In this document: piece by piece, positions 52,503 to 62,189 of the stretch
Numbering within the stretch: the stretch's first letter is position 1
Layout of the letters: each line of letters begins with the position of its first letter
Assembly: GCA_012519925.1 (NCBI GenBank)
Contig: JAAYPF010000007.1
Coordinates: 16,232-80,231, forward strand
DNA: 64,000 nucleotides
Direction: 5' to 3'
Origin: Clostridiaceae bacterium
Lineage (GTDB): Bacteria; Bacillota; Clostridia; Acetivibrionales; Acetivibrionaceae
Notes under the pieces: generated by a model
Told to the model about the DNA's origin: nothing
Databases searched by the model: none
The model's input: only the letters and a program-made list of their open reading frames with translations
Translations under genes and position numbers: made by a program

Positions 52503-53990
52503 TTGCGGGTGGAAAAATATAATATTTACCAGCAAATATCAGAAAGGACGCAAGGTGACATTTATATAGGTGTTGTAGGACCTGTGAGAACGGGAAAGTC
52601 AACATTTATAAAAAGATTTATGGATTTGCTGGTATTGCCCAATATTGAAAATGAGTATTCAAGAAGCAGAGCTAATGACGAGTTGCCACAAAGTGCTTCA
52701 GGACGCACAATAATGACAACAGAGCCAAAGTTTGTACCAAATGAAGCTATTCAGATTGCTCTTGATGAAAATGTACAGTTTAAAGTAAGATTGGTAGATT
52801 GTGTCGGATATCTTGTTAAAGGTGCACTAGGACATGTGGAAAATGATGCTCCTAGAATGGTTTCAACCCCATGGTTTGAACATCAGATTCCTTTTATCGA
52901 GGCTGCAGAAATAGGCACGAGGAAGGTTATAGATGAACATTCAACCATAGGCTTTGTCATTACAACCGACGGAAGTATAACGGATATAAGCAGGGAAGAT
53001 TATGTTGAGGCTGAAGAACGTGTAGTAAAGGAACTGAAGGAAATAAACAAGCCCTTTGTTATCATTTTGAATTCGAGAGACCCTTCGAGCGATGAGGCTG
53101 AACAGCTTAGAGTGGAACTCGAAGAAAAATACGGGGTCCCTGTAATTGGAACAAATTGTGCTCAGTTGAGGATTGAAGACTTAAATGCTATAATGGAAAG
53201 GGTATTGCTTGAGTTTCCTATCAGTGAAATAGGAATTAATATTCCTAGATGGATTGAATGCCTTGACGATGCTCATTGGCTGAAAATTGATATGATAAAC
53301 TCAATTAGAGAAACCTTTGATGGAATCACTAAAATTAGGGAAATAAAAGGTAGCTTAAATAAATTTGCTGATTATAAAACTTTTATTAAAAAAGCACAGA
53401 TTGACAATATAAATTTAGGTACAGGAAGTGCTTTAATAGAGATAAATGAAACAGATGGTTTATTCTACAGTATCCTAAGCGATATAACAGGCTTGGAAAT
53501 TGAGGGAGAATATAAGCTTATCAGCCTAATGAGGAAAATGGCAAAGATTAAGAAAGAGTACGAGAAAGTAGAATTTGCTCTTCATGAGGTTAAACTAAAA
53601 GGCTATGGGATAGTTACTCCTCAAATGAACGAAATGTCTTTAGAAGAACCAGAAATTGTTAAACAGGGTAGTAGGTTTGGTGTTAAACTAAGAGCTAGTG
53701 CACCTTCAATTCATATGATACGCGCCGATATCGAAACAGAAATAGCTCCATTAGTTGGCTCGGAAAAACAGTCAGAAGAGCTTGTGAATTACTTACTTAA
53801 AGAATTTGAAAATGAACCAGAGAAACTTTGGCAATCAAATATTTTTGGAAAGTCCTTGCATGAATTGGTAAGTGAGGGGCTGCAAAACAAATTGTATAGG
53901 ATGCCAGAAGATGCTCAGCTAAAACTTCAGGAGACTTTACAAAAGATAATTAATGAGGGAAGCGGAGGTTTAATTTGCATTATACTTTAA
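52503..53990 (+). CDS. spoIVA: Stage IV sporulation protein A
   Basis: GVVGPVRTGKSTFIKRF, DELPQS, TTEPKFVP, STIGFVITTDGS, GVKLRASAPSIH, C-terminal GGLICIIL. Confidence 0.98.
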   Translation: MRVEKYNIYQQISERTQGDIYIGVVGPVRTGKSTFIKRFMDLLVLPNIENEYSRSRANDELPQSASGRTIMTTEPKFVPNEAIQIALDENVQFKVRLVDCVGYLVKGALGHVENDAPRMVSTPWFEHQIPFIEAAEIGTRKVIDEHSTIGFVITTDGSITDISREDYVEAEERVVKELKEINKPFVIILNSRDPSSDEAEQLRVELEEKYGVPVIGTNCAQLRIEDLNAIMERVLLEFPISEIGINIPRWIECLDDAHWLKIDMINSIRETFDGITKIREIKGSLNKFADYKTFIKKAQIDNINLGTGSALIEINETDGLFYSILSDITGLEIEGEYKLISLMRKMAKIKKEYEKVEFALHEVKLKGYGIVTPQMNEMSLEEPEIVKQGSRFGVKLRASAPSIHMIRADIETEIAPLVGSEKQSEELVNYLLKEFENEPEKLWQSNIFGKSLHELVSEGLQNKLYRMPEDAQLKLQETLQKIINEGSGGLICIIL

Positions 53991-54075
53991 ATATGTTAGC
54001 GTGATAACCATCTTCGTATTGTCTCTCATAAAGTGATATAATAATAAATACTATGCTGGGGAATTGAGACAAAAC

Positions 54076-54139
54076 TAAGAAATTATGGTATCTTGCTAAA
54101 TGTTTGAGATAGTAAAATAATGGATACCATAATTTCTTA
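54076..54139. other. Perfect 17-bp inverted repeat with 30-nt loop after spoIVA
   Basis: TAAGAAATTATGGTATC / GATACCATAATTTCTTA. Confidence 0.75.
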
Positions 54140-54240
54140 TAGATTTGATTATTTTCGAAATAATAAATTTTTCTTGACTTTATATAGTGTTTGACACTAT
54201 TATTAATTTGTGATGATTTTTGTTAAATGAGCTAGGTGGG

Positions 54241-54264
54241 AAAAATTACATATATGTAATTTTT
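54241..54264. promoter_or_regulatory. Perfect 24-bp palindrome, candidate operator
   Basis: AAAAATTACATATATGTAATTTTT. Confidence 0.45.
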
Positions 54265-54747
54265 GGCTTAATAAGCTTTTGGTGGTTTCAATGTATATAA
54301 ATGTCAATTGATTGGTGTTTTTAACAATAACTACTCCCAGTTGGCTTTGAATAGGAATGTTTATTATAAATCGACTAAAAATTGTATGGATGAGGAAAAT
54401 TAGTAAAGTCGGATGTTGAAAAATAGATAAATATAGAAAAAAACGGACTATATTAGAGAAAAATGCCGTTAAATCGCCTGTGTTATAATATATTGCTTTA
54501 AAATAGCATTTTTTTACGTTGTATTTTTGGGGATAAGTTAATAATATTATTTAATGTATAAGTAATATTAGTGTCACTAGAATTCAGAATATAAAACTTA
54601 ATAACAGTTGATGCGTAAGCTGGCATGAATCCTATAAACTTAAAGATTGTTCTTAGTAAAAGTAAAGTATTATTACGTTGAATTAGTGTAGAGAGTAGTT
54701 AATACAGAAATATTGATTATACATTCATACATAATTAACTGGTTTAG

Positions 54748-54788
54748 AAGTTGAATTTTTTGCTGATTTGATTTAAAATATGATTAAG
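54748..54788 (+). promoter_or_regulatory. Sigma-A-like promoter of the sugar ABC operon, shared with 59879-59919
   Basis: TTGAAT-17 nt-TAAAAT; 32/41 identity with the block before the second sugar-binding gene. Confidence 0.6.
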
Positions 54789-54870
54789 TGATTATTCCAT
54801 ACTAATTTACATATAAAGCTTTTGTATGGTTTAATAAAGAAAACTTAAAAAAACAAGGGGGACAAAAACA

Positions 54871-56244
54871 ATGAATAGTAAGTTTTTAAGAAGAGCTGCA
54901 TCCTTAGCAGTAAGTGGTCTAATGATTACTTCGCTAATGGCGGGTTGCAACAATGAATCGAAGAATCCAGACAAGACAGCTGATCCAACACAACCACCAG
55001 TCTCTACAGATGCAGGACAATCAGCTAAAAAGCCAGAAGACTTTACTGGTACACTTGTAGTTGGACACTTTAACGACGATGAAGCATCAAAGCTTGTTGC
55101 TGCATTTAAGGAAAAGTATCCTAATGTGGACGTAAAATTGGAAATCACAGCTGACACAGATGGTGCCTATCAAACATTAATTACTTCAGCATTAAGATCT
55201 GGTCAGAACGTACCTGACGTATACGCATCAGAGGTAGCATTCGTTAAGAGATTTGTTAATCTCTCTGACGGTTATGAAGATCTTACACCTTATTTTGAAG
55301 GGGATTTAAAATCTAAATTAGTTCCTTATACAATTGATATCGGTACTAGTGATGACGGAAAAATCAGAGCATTATCCCATCAAGCAGCTGCAGCGGCTGT
55401 AGGATATAAAAGGGATATGGCTAAACAATATCTTGGAACTGATGATCCTGAAGAAATAGGTAAATTGTTCTCATCTGCAGATGAAATTGTTAAAACAGGT
55501 AAAAAGCTTCAAGAAGTAAGTGGTAAAAAAGCAATATTATTCCCGGGTATGGCTGAGTTAATGAGAATGTACTTAGGTGCTCGTGACCACGCTTGGGTAG
55601 AAGACGGTAAATTGACAATAGATCCTAAAATGGAAGAGTTTGTAGACGTTGCTAAGCAGTTGAGAGATGCAGGTGCTGAAGGCGGATTGCCAGCATGGGA
55701 ACCTCAATGGTCAGCAGCAATAACAGATGATATACATTTCGCATATGCAATACCAACATGGGGTGTGCCATGGATTATCGATGCTAACCAACCAGAAGAT
55801 AGAAAAAATAAAGGCGATTGGGGTCTTGCAAAAGCTCCAGCTCCATATACTTGGGGAGGTACTTGGTTTGGAATGTACAGTAAGAGTCCAAACAAAGAAC
55901 TTGCTTGGGAATTCATAAAATTCATTACTCTTGATGAAGAGCAATCAATAGCTTGGGCTAAGAAGAGTGGTGACTTTATAAGTAACCTTGCAGCTATCGA
56001 AACTCTATCAAATGATCCAGAAATGGTAAGTGAAACTACAAATCAAAACCCATATGAATTCTTTGGTCCTATGATAAAGGATATAAACGGTGCAATTATA
56101 ACAGAGCATGACGATAAGATTACAAATGCATTCCAAGATGCTATGCTTACGTATCTTGCAGGTAATACTACAAAAGACCAAATGTGGGCTCAGTTCAAGG
56201 ATCAAGTTAGAAGTGACCTTGGAGATAAAGTAACAGTAGAATAA
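54871..56244 (+). CDS. Sugar ABC transporter solute-binding lipoprotein (probable cellodextrin-binding CbpB-like by position)
   Basis: Lipobox LMAGC, flexible linker, YKRD, GDWGLA, WGGTW, AWEFIKF; followed by two permeases. Confidence 0.88.
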   Translation: MNSKFLRRAASLAVSGLMITSLMAGCNNESKNPDKTADPTQPPVSTDAGQSAKKPEDFTGTLVVGHFNDDEASKLVAAFKEKYPNVDVKLEITADTDGAYQTLITSALRSGQNVPDVYASEVAFVKRFVNLSDGYEDLTPYFEGDLKSKLVPYTIDIGTSDDGKIRALSHQAAAAAVGYKRDMAKQYLGTDDPEEIGKLFSSADEIVKTGKKLQEVSGKKAILFPGMAELMRMYLGARDHAWVEDGKLTIDPKMEEFVDVAKQLRDAGAEGGLPAWEPQWSAAITDDIHFAYAIPTWGVPWIIDANQPEDRKNKGDWGLAKAPAPYTWGGTWFGMYSKSPNKELAWEFIKFITLDEEQSIAWAKKSGDFISNLAAIETLSNDPEMVSETTNQNPYEFFGPMIKDINGAIITEHDDKITNAFQDAMLTYLAGNTTKDQMWAQFKDQVRSDLGDKVTVE

Positions 56245-56289
56245 TTGGCAATAAGGTAGTAAAAATATTTATTAATTTGAATTTCTCTA

Positions 56290-56321
56290 TTGCCCTATTA
56301 CCCATTTGGGTAGTAGGGCAA
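56290..56321 (+). other. Intercistronic stem-loop between binding protein and permease
   Basis: TTGCCCTATTACCCA / TGGGTAGTAGGGCAA, no T tract. Confidence 0.7.
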
Positions 56322-56347
56322 AGAATTAATATGGGAGGTTATATTCT

Positions 56348-57268
56348 TTGTTTAAGAGTTTATCTAAAAATGATAAATACGCCCATTACGGATATTTGTT
56401 TATATTGCCTTTTTTTATTGTTATGGCTATATTTATTGTATATCCTATACTCAATACTATTTACTTAAGTTTTACAGTTTGGGAAGGAGCTACTATACCA
56501 CCGGAATGGGTTGGCTTAAAAAACTATCGGAGACTTTTTCAAGATTTTTTGCAAGGAGGAATTTTTCCTCAAAGTATAAAAAACACTTGGATTTTGTGGA
56601 TATTTAATGTTATTCCTCAGTTTATAGGTGCTTTAGCTTTAGCTATCTTATTGACAGACAAACACAATAGGATAAAAGGAAAAGAAGGGTTTAGGGCTAT
56701 TTTCTATTTGCCAAATCTTATTACAATGGCTTCGGTAGGGGCTTTGTTTGCTTTTCTTTTAGGACATCCAAAAGGAGCTGTAAATGATCTTTTAGTGGCT
56801 TTTAATATATTGAAAGAGCCATTTAATTTTCTGCAGAATGCTTGGGCGACTAGGTTATCTATTTCTACAATTCTGACATGGATGTGGTTTGGATATACTA
56901 TGATCATATTTATGGCAGGAATAAAAGCTATTCCTGAGGAATTGTTTGAAGCAGCTAGGGTTGATGGAGCCACAAAATGGCAAACATTTAAGAGTATTAC
57001 TCTACCTCAGCTTAGACCTATTATGACTTATCAAGTTGTAACGTCGATCATTGGTGGACTTAGTATGTATGATATTCCACAAGTATTGACAAATGGTACA
57101 GGAGCTCCCCAAAATTCAGTAACTACAATGGTAATGCACATCTACAGACAAGGATTTACTAACTATAATTTAGGATATGCCTCGGCTGTAGCTATTGGAC
57201 TTTTTGTGCATATATTTATTGTTGTTTTTATAGCACTTAGATTTATTAATCCAAAAGAAGATGTATAA
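56348..57268 (+). CDS. Carbohydrate ABC transporter permease 1
   Basis: WVGLKNY, FRAIFYLP, EAARVDGA (EAA motif), ITLPQL, LGYASA. Confidence 0.93.
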   Translation: MFKSLSKNDKYAHYGYLFILPFFIVMAIFIVYPILNTIYLSFTVWEGATIPPEWVGLKNYRRLFQDFLQGGIFPQSIKNTWILWIFNVIPQFIGALALAILLTDKHNRIKGKEGFRAIFYLPNLITMASVGALFAFLLGHPKGAVNDLLVAFNILKEPFNFLQNAWATRLSISTILTWMWFGYTMIIFMAGIKAIPEELFEAARVDGATKWQTFKSITLPQLRPIMTYQVVTSIIGGLSMYDIPQVLTNGTGAPQNSVTTMVMHIYRQGFTNYNLGYASAVAIGLFVHIFIVVFIALRFINPKEDV

Positions 57269-57283
57269 GGGGGAAGAGATTTA

Positions 57284-58123
57284 ATGGGTAAAAAAGGTGC
57301 TTTTAGACTTAGTATAGGGGATATTCTTTTATACATTTTCTTAATAGGACTGGCAGTTATATGTTTTCTACCATTCTACTTTATGATTATAAATGCAACA
57401 CATGATAATGCCGCTATTGCTCGAGGAATGAACTTACTTCCCGGAAAATATGCTATAGACAATTATTTAAAGATGAAATCTAGGGTTAATATATGGATAG
57501 GCTTTAGAAACAGCCTTATTGTTTCTGGAGTTGGTACTGCTTTGCTTGCTTATTTCGGTACATTAACCGCTTACGGTTTTTCTAAGTACAAATTTGTTGG
57601 TAATAAGGCACTATTCTGGGTTATATTATGCTCTATGATGGTTCCGCCTCAACTTAGTGTAATTGGTTTTTATGATGTTGTTCAGAAGTTAAAATTGATG
57701 AATAATTTATTGGCGCTCATTATACCAATGATAGCTAGTGCTCAGTTTGTTTATTTTGTAAAGTTGTATTTAGATTCTGCACTTCCAGATTCTATTGTAG
57801 AGTCTGCAAGGATAGATGGAGCAACTGAAATTGGCATATTTAATAAAATGGTATTGCCAATAGCTAGTCCTTCTATCGCGACAATGGGTATGTTTAATTT
57901 TATAAACTCATGGAATCAACTGTTGATTCCTCAGATAGTTATAAGAGATGAAAAACTTAGAACTGTACCTATTATTGTTGCTAATGCAAAAGGTGTATAC
58001 AGGACAGACTTTGCAGCTGCGTATATGGCAATTGCTCTTTCTGTTGTACCTATATTAATAGCATTTGCTTTCTTTTCAAAATATATCATAGGTGGAGTTA
58101 CTGCTGGTTCAGTAAAGGGATAG
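57284..58123 (+). CDS. Carbohydrate ABC transporter permease 2
   Basis: FRNSLIV, AYGFSK, MVPPQ, ESARIDGA, SWNQLL, GSVKG end. Confidence 0.93.
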   Translation: MGKKGAFRLSIGDILLYIFLIGLAVICFLPFYFMIINATHDNAAIARGMNLLPGKYAIDNYLKMKSRVNIWIGFRNSLIVSGVGTALLAYFGTLTAYGFSKYKFVGNKALFWVILCSMMVPPQLSVIGFYDVVQKLKLMNNLLALIIPMIASAQFVYFVKLYLDSALPDSIVESARIDGATEIGIFNKMVLPIASPSIATMGMFNFINSWNQLLIPQIVIRDEKLRTVPIIVANAKGVYRTDFAAAYMAIALSVVPILIAFAFFSKYIIGGVTAGSVKG

Positions 58124-58164
58124 TAATAAGAGAGTATTGTCAAATTCGAAAAAAAATTTGGGTA

Positions 58165-58197
58165 AAAAAAGTGAGTAGGGTTTCTACTCACTTTTTT
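58165..58197. terminator. Bidirectional terminator
   Basis: AAAAAAGTGAGTAG / CTACTCACTTTTTT between convergent genes. Confidence 0.88.
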
Positions 58198-58357
58198 GTC
58201 ATTAATGGGTTTTGTTTTGCAACAGTATAGAAAAATATTATTATTTGCTAAAATGAATTAGTCAAAAATTTAAGGTGATAAAATAAAGAGATATCTTTAT
58301 TAACAAGAGTGAATAAGAAAATTTTAAAATTACAGCATATACCTAAAAAGAAGAGTT

Positions 58358-58864
58358 TTAACTAAAAGCTTTTCTATTAAAGGTTTTTATAATGCTTAGG
58401 AGCTCGCTGTCAGGTTCAAAGTATACAATAACCTTATTACTATTGTAATGGGTTACAAAAAAGTGTGCATCTTTCGAATTCATTGAACTTACAGCATAAA
58501 TTTTAGAAATTTCACTATTAACCGATAGTTTGTGCCTTTCACTTGAGACCTTATCAAGCATTTCAAACTGCCTGCAGCTCCCGAAAAAAACTCTCTTCCT
58601 TTTTCTTCTTGATATTATTTTAGTTATCTCTAAATCTCCAGATGTAAGCGAGTATTCATACTCAATATTTCTTCCTGTAATAATTATATAACCGGCATAT
58701 GCTATAGCTGCTACAAACGCTAACCCTACTCCAAAATATAGTGGTCCAGCTATTGATATTATTAAAAAAGCAACAATAAATGATATTATAATGGTACCCA
58801 AAATAATTAGGTAATCTTTATAATCTTTCTTTTTCTCAATGATTCTTTCAGTAAACAAATCCAT
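58358..58864 (-). CDS. Hypothetical membrane protein with two TM helices and PH-like tail (resembles DUF6106)
   Basis: RBS GGAG before MDLFTE; two hydrophobic helices, then IEYEYSLTSGDLEITKI...RKRK...FEPD. Confidence 0.7.
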   Translation of the reverse strand: MDLFTERIIEKKKDYKDYLIILGTIIISFIVAFLIISIAGPLYFGVGLAFVAAIAYAGYIIITGRNIEYEYSLTSGDLEITKIISRRKRKRVFFGSCRQFEMLDKVSSERHKLSVNSEISKIYAVSSMNSKDAHFFVTHYNSNKVIVYFEPDSELLSIIKTFNRKAFS

Positions 58865-59195
58865 TTTATCATCTCCATAGTTATAAGTATTTCTAATTTT
58901 ATCTTCAAACTGAATATAAATCAAGTGCTTAACTGATACAAACTAGAAAGCTAATTATTATACTTATTGAAATTAGTGTTCCTGAAATAGAATTTATTGA
59001 AGGGAGTACGGTAAATTATTAATAGTACGGTATACATAATTTTTAGTTGTAAATAAAATTCCTATGGGAATTTTACTTAAGTTAATGTAAAATATATAGT
59101 AATATAGCTTCTGATAATAAGTTTGTTATTACTATTTTTTACAAAGGGTTAAGGCATTCTTTCTAGAAGGGTGAAAGGAGTAAGTATTTAATATT

Positions 59196-59792
59196 ATGAT
59201 TAGAAAAAAGATAGAGAATTTTTGGTATTATCATAAAGTAAAAGTATTTGTAGGTATTTTTGCGTTTATAGCAATTCTTGTAATAAGTGCTGCTGACTCA
59301 GGTGGGGAAGCCGACCTTGAAATTGGTTATATTATTGGCGAAAGTGAAATTGTTTTACAGAATGTAAATGAAAAAATGTCTGCTTTAGAGGAGCTAATAG
59401 AAGCTAAAGATAAGCAAAAAGCTGTGATTTCAGTTGTTCCATTGACGAGTTCACGATTGGAGTTAGAGTTTGCTATAGGTATATCTCATATCCTTCTATT
59501 AGATAAAGAAACCCTAGTACCCTTTGCAAAATATCGATTTTTTGAGTCACTTGACAATTATGTAGATAAATACGATATTGATATTAGCGATTATGCAGAA
59601 GTGAAAGCAGATCCTGATAACAAAAATGAATATAGGGTTTATGCTTTGCCAGTAAAAGAAATGGATATACTTTTAGAAATGGGATTTCCTGAAGATTACT
59701 ATTTTACCATAAGACTTCCTAAGGAAGATGAAAGTGATGATGTTATGAGAAATAAAAATGCACATATTATTTTAGACTATCTTTTAGATTAA
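59196..59792 (+). CDS. Hypothetical membrane-anchored protein resembling a partial solute-binding fold
   Basis: ENFWYYHK plus TM helix; ILLLD...ESLDNY...VYALPV. Confidence 0.7.
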   Translation: MIRKKIENFWYYHKVKVFVGIFAFIAILVISAADSGGEADLEIGYIIGESEIVLQNVNEKMSALEELIEAKDKQKAVISVVPLTSSRLELEFAIGISHILLLDKETLVPFAKYRFFESLDNYVDKYDIDISDYAEVKADPDNKNEYRVYALPVKEMDILLEMGFPEDYYFTIRLPKEDESDDVMRNKNAHIILDYLLD

Positions 59793-59878
59793 TAGATTAA
59801 AAAAATATTGCTGTTTACTATTTAAGAAAACTTAAATTAGTAGCTTGTTGGCAATAAATTCCGTATAAAAAAGTATAA

Positions 59879-59919
59879 AAGTTGAAATTTTTCATGATTT
59901 AGATTAAGATAAAATTAAG
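59879..59919 (+). promoter_or_regulatory. Sigma-A-like promoter of the second sugar-binding protein
   Basis: TTGAAA-17 nt-TAAGAT; matches 54748-54788. Confidence 0.6.
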
Positions 59920-60044
59920 AGGTGATTTCTTTTACATAATTAAGTACATTCTATGTAAGTGATTTCTCGAAAAATTAAAGTATGGGTGTTTAGTATTTTG
60001 CAGGATACATGTTACAAATTTCATTATGTACTAGGGGGATAAAT

Positions 60045-61421
60045 ATGCTTAAAAAAGTAATTTTATTTTTACTAATTTCGTCGTTTTCGCTAAGCTTTGT
60101 TGCATGTGGTAAAGAAACTAAAACTCCGAAATCTACAACAGCACCTGATAATGTTCAAGAAAATAAAGAATTGCATGGATCGGCTTCTTTTTCGGGTAAT
60201 ATCAAGTTTTGGATTATGCCAAATAGTGCTTCTCCTGATAAAGACTTGTTGAGTGTGTGTCAACCTTTCCTAGATGCAAATCCGGAGGTGACAATTACAC
60301 CTACGGTTATAGGTTGGGAAGCTGCGTGGAGAAGACTTACTGCTGCAGCTACTACTGGAGATGCTCCAGATATAGCTCAGCTTGGAACAACATGGGTGGG
60401 TGCGATTTCCTACATGGAAGCATTGGAAGACTTATCTGAAGATATTGACTGGAGTAAGTTTCAAGCTTCAGTTTTAGACACATCTTCTCTTCTAGGTTCA
60501 GATAAAAAGACCGCAGTACCATGGTTTGCTGAGACAAGAGCGATTTTTTACAGAAAGGATGCTTGTGAAAAGGCAGGTGTTAATCCAGAAACTGATTTTG
60601 CTACTTGGGATAAATTCAAAGAAGCCTTACAGAAACTAAATAACATCGAAATTGATGGCGTGAAATTACCAGCACTTGGTATGCCTGGGAAAAATGATTG
60701 GAACGTTCTTCATAATTTCGCACCGTGGATTTATGGAGCTGGTGGAGACTTCCTGTCGGTTGATGGCAAAGAAGCTACATTTAATTCGCCACAAGCTTTA
60801 GAAGGCATTAAATTTTATTCAGAGCTTGCTTTGGAAGGGCTAATGGATAAAGCATCCTTAGAAAAGAGTACGAATGATGTCGAATTTGCATTTTCAAATG
60901 GAGCTTATGCTGTTTCGATATTAGGACCATGGAATATAACTACTTTTGAGAAAAATAAAGAGCAAGGAATTAATGAGCTTGCCGACAAGATAGGGGTTGC
61001 TTTGATTCCGGAAGGTCCTGGTGGTAGAAAAGCATTTTTAGGAGGGAGTACACTTTCTGTATTCAAATCATCAAAGAATAAAGAAGCTTCTATAGCACTT
61101 CTAGAATATTTAACGGATAAAGAAGCCCAAATCGAATATGCTAAAATTACCGGTAACCTCCCTACAAATAAGGAAGCTTATGGAGATGATTCGATATCAG
61201 GTCATGAGATGCGTAAGGTATTCAAAGAGCAAATGCAGTATGCAAAAGCTTATCCATCAATTGCTTCATGGGGACCTGCCGAGAATTATTTCAAAGAAGG
61301 GTTGAGCAAGATATGGGATAATGTCATGGGCTTAAATGGAGCATATAATTACGATGCTACTAAGAAAGCGGTTGATGAAGTAGTCGACAAGGTTAATAGT
61401 ATTATAGAAGAAACGAAATAA
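60045..61421 (+). CDS. Stand-alone sugar-binding lipoprotein (ABC family 1)
   Basis: Lipobox FVAC, APDIAQLG, VPWFAETRAIFYRKD, FLGGSTL, GNLP; followed by a terminator. Confidence 0.88.
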   Translation: MLKKVILFLLISSFSLSFVACGKETKTPKSTTAPDNVQENKELHGSASFSGNIKFWIMPNSASPDKDLLSVCQPFLDANPEVTITPTVIGWEAAWRRLTAAATTGDAPDIAQLGTTWVGAISYMEALEDLSEDIDWSKFQASVLDTSSLLGSDKKTAVPWFAETRAIFYRKDACEKAGVNPETDFATWDKFKEALQKLNNIEIDGVKLPALGMPGKNDWNVLHNFAPWIYGAGGDFLSVDGKEATFNSPQALEGIKFYSELALEGLMDKASLEKSTNDVEFAFSNGAYAVSILGPWNITTFEKNKEQGINELADKIGVALIPEGPGGRKAFLGGSTLSVFKSSKNKEASIALLEYLTDKEAQIEYAKITGNLPTNKEAYGDDSISGHEMRKVFKEQMQYAKAYPSIASWGPAENYFKEGLSKIWDNVMGLNGAYNYDATKKAVDEVVDKVNSIIEETK

Positions 61422-61428
61422 TATATAT

Positions 61429-61460
61429 AAGGATATTTTTGAAATATCCTTTATTTTTTT
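61429..61460 (+). terminator. Terminator of the stand-alone binding protein gene
   Basis: AAGGATATTT / AAATATCCTT stem plus T tract. Confidence 0.75.
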
Positions 61461-61590
61461 CTAAGAAAGTGCATTGATTTTCTAAAAAAATAAAACCTTG
61501 AGTCGCAGAAGACGCAAGGTTTTCAAAAGAAATGTAAAAGTGTACCATATGGGTTTTAAACGGGGCGTAGCCGCTTTTGTTCTTTTTTAA
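61457..61590 (+). repeat. Intergenic repeat family B, copy 2
   Basis: Near-identical to 30314-30446; AAAACCTTG-A-GTC-GCAGAA-GAC-G-CAAGGTTTT hairpin. Confidence 0.92.
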
Positions 61591-61681
61591 AAATGGGAAA
61601 TATATTGAAAAAATCCATCGAAGGATTTAAAATATATATGCATCTTATTATAAGAAAGACAAAAGTGGGGAAGGAAAATTC

Positions 61682-61987
61682 ATGCATGAATTAAGTGTAA
61701 ATTACTCTATTTCAGTTTTCTTCGTTGTATTATTATCGGCATCCGTATTAAATTTATTAAGACAGCATTTCATTTTTCAGGTTACAGGAATAGCCTTTTT
61801 ATTTATGTTTATGATTATTAAGGTATCAGCATTATTCAAATCAAATTCCGATATATTACTATCGGATTTGTATTATTCAATACTGCCAATTTTAACTGCA
61901 ATGGGAGCTTGTCTCGTTGCAATGGCTTTAGGCTTTTGGATATTCCCTCCTATAAGAAGAATTTTAAGGATAAAAATGGGCATATAA
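61682..61987 (+). CDS. Hypothetical small membrane protein (about 3 TM)
   Basis: Purine-rich RBS, hydrophobic segments, basic C-terminus. Confidence 0.55.
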   Translation: MHELSVNYSISVFFVVLLSASVLNLLRQHFIFQVTGIAFLFMFMIIKVSALFKSNSDILLSDLYYSILPILTAMGACLVAMALGFWIFPPIRRILRIKMGI

Positions 61988-62189
61988 AACCCATAAGAAC
62001 TTATGCTTTTTTTTCATTTCGTTAAGTAGAGATATTGAAAAATTTACATCTTCTAATTATATTTCCTTGCAAAGAGTACAAACAAATCATAAGGAGAGCT
62101 TTTGAAGTTAGTATAACAAAAATTACATAAAGGGTACAAGGTAAACATAACGAAATATTATGTAAACAACTAAAGTTAGGAGATGTAAC

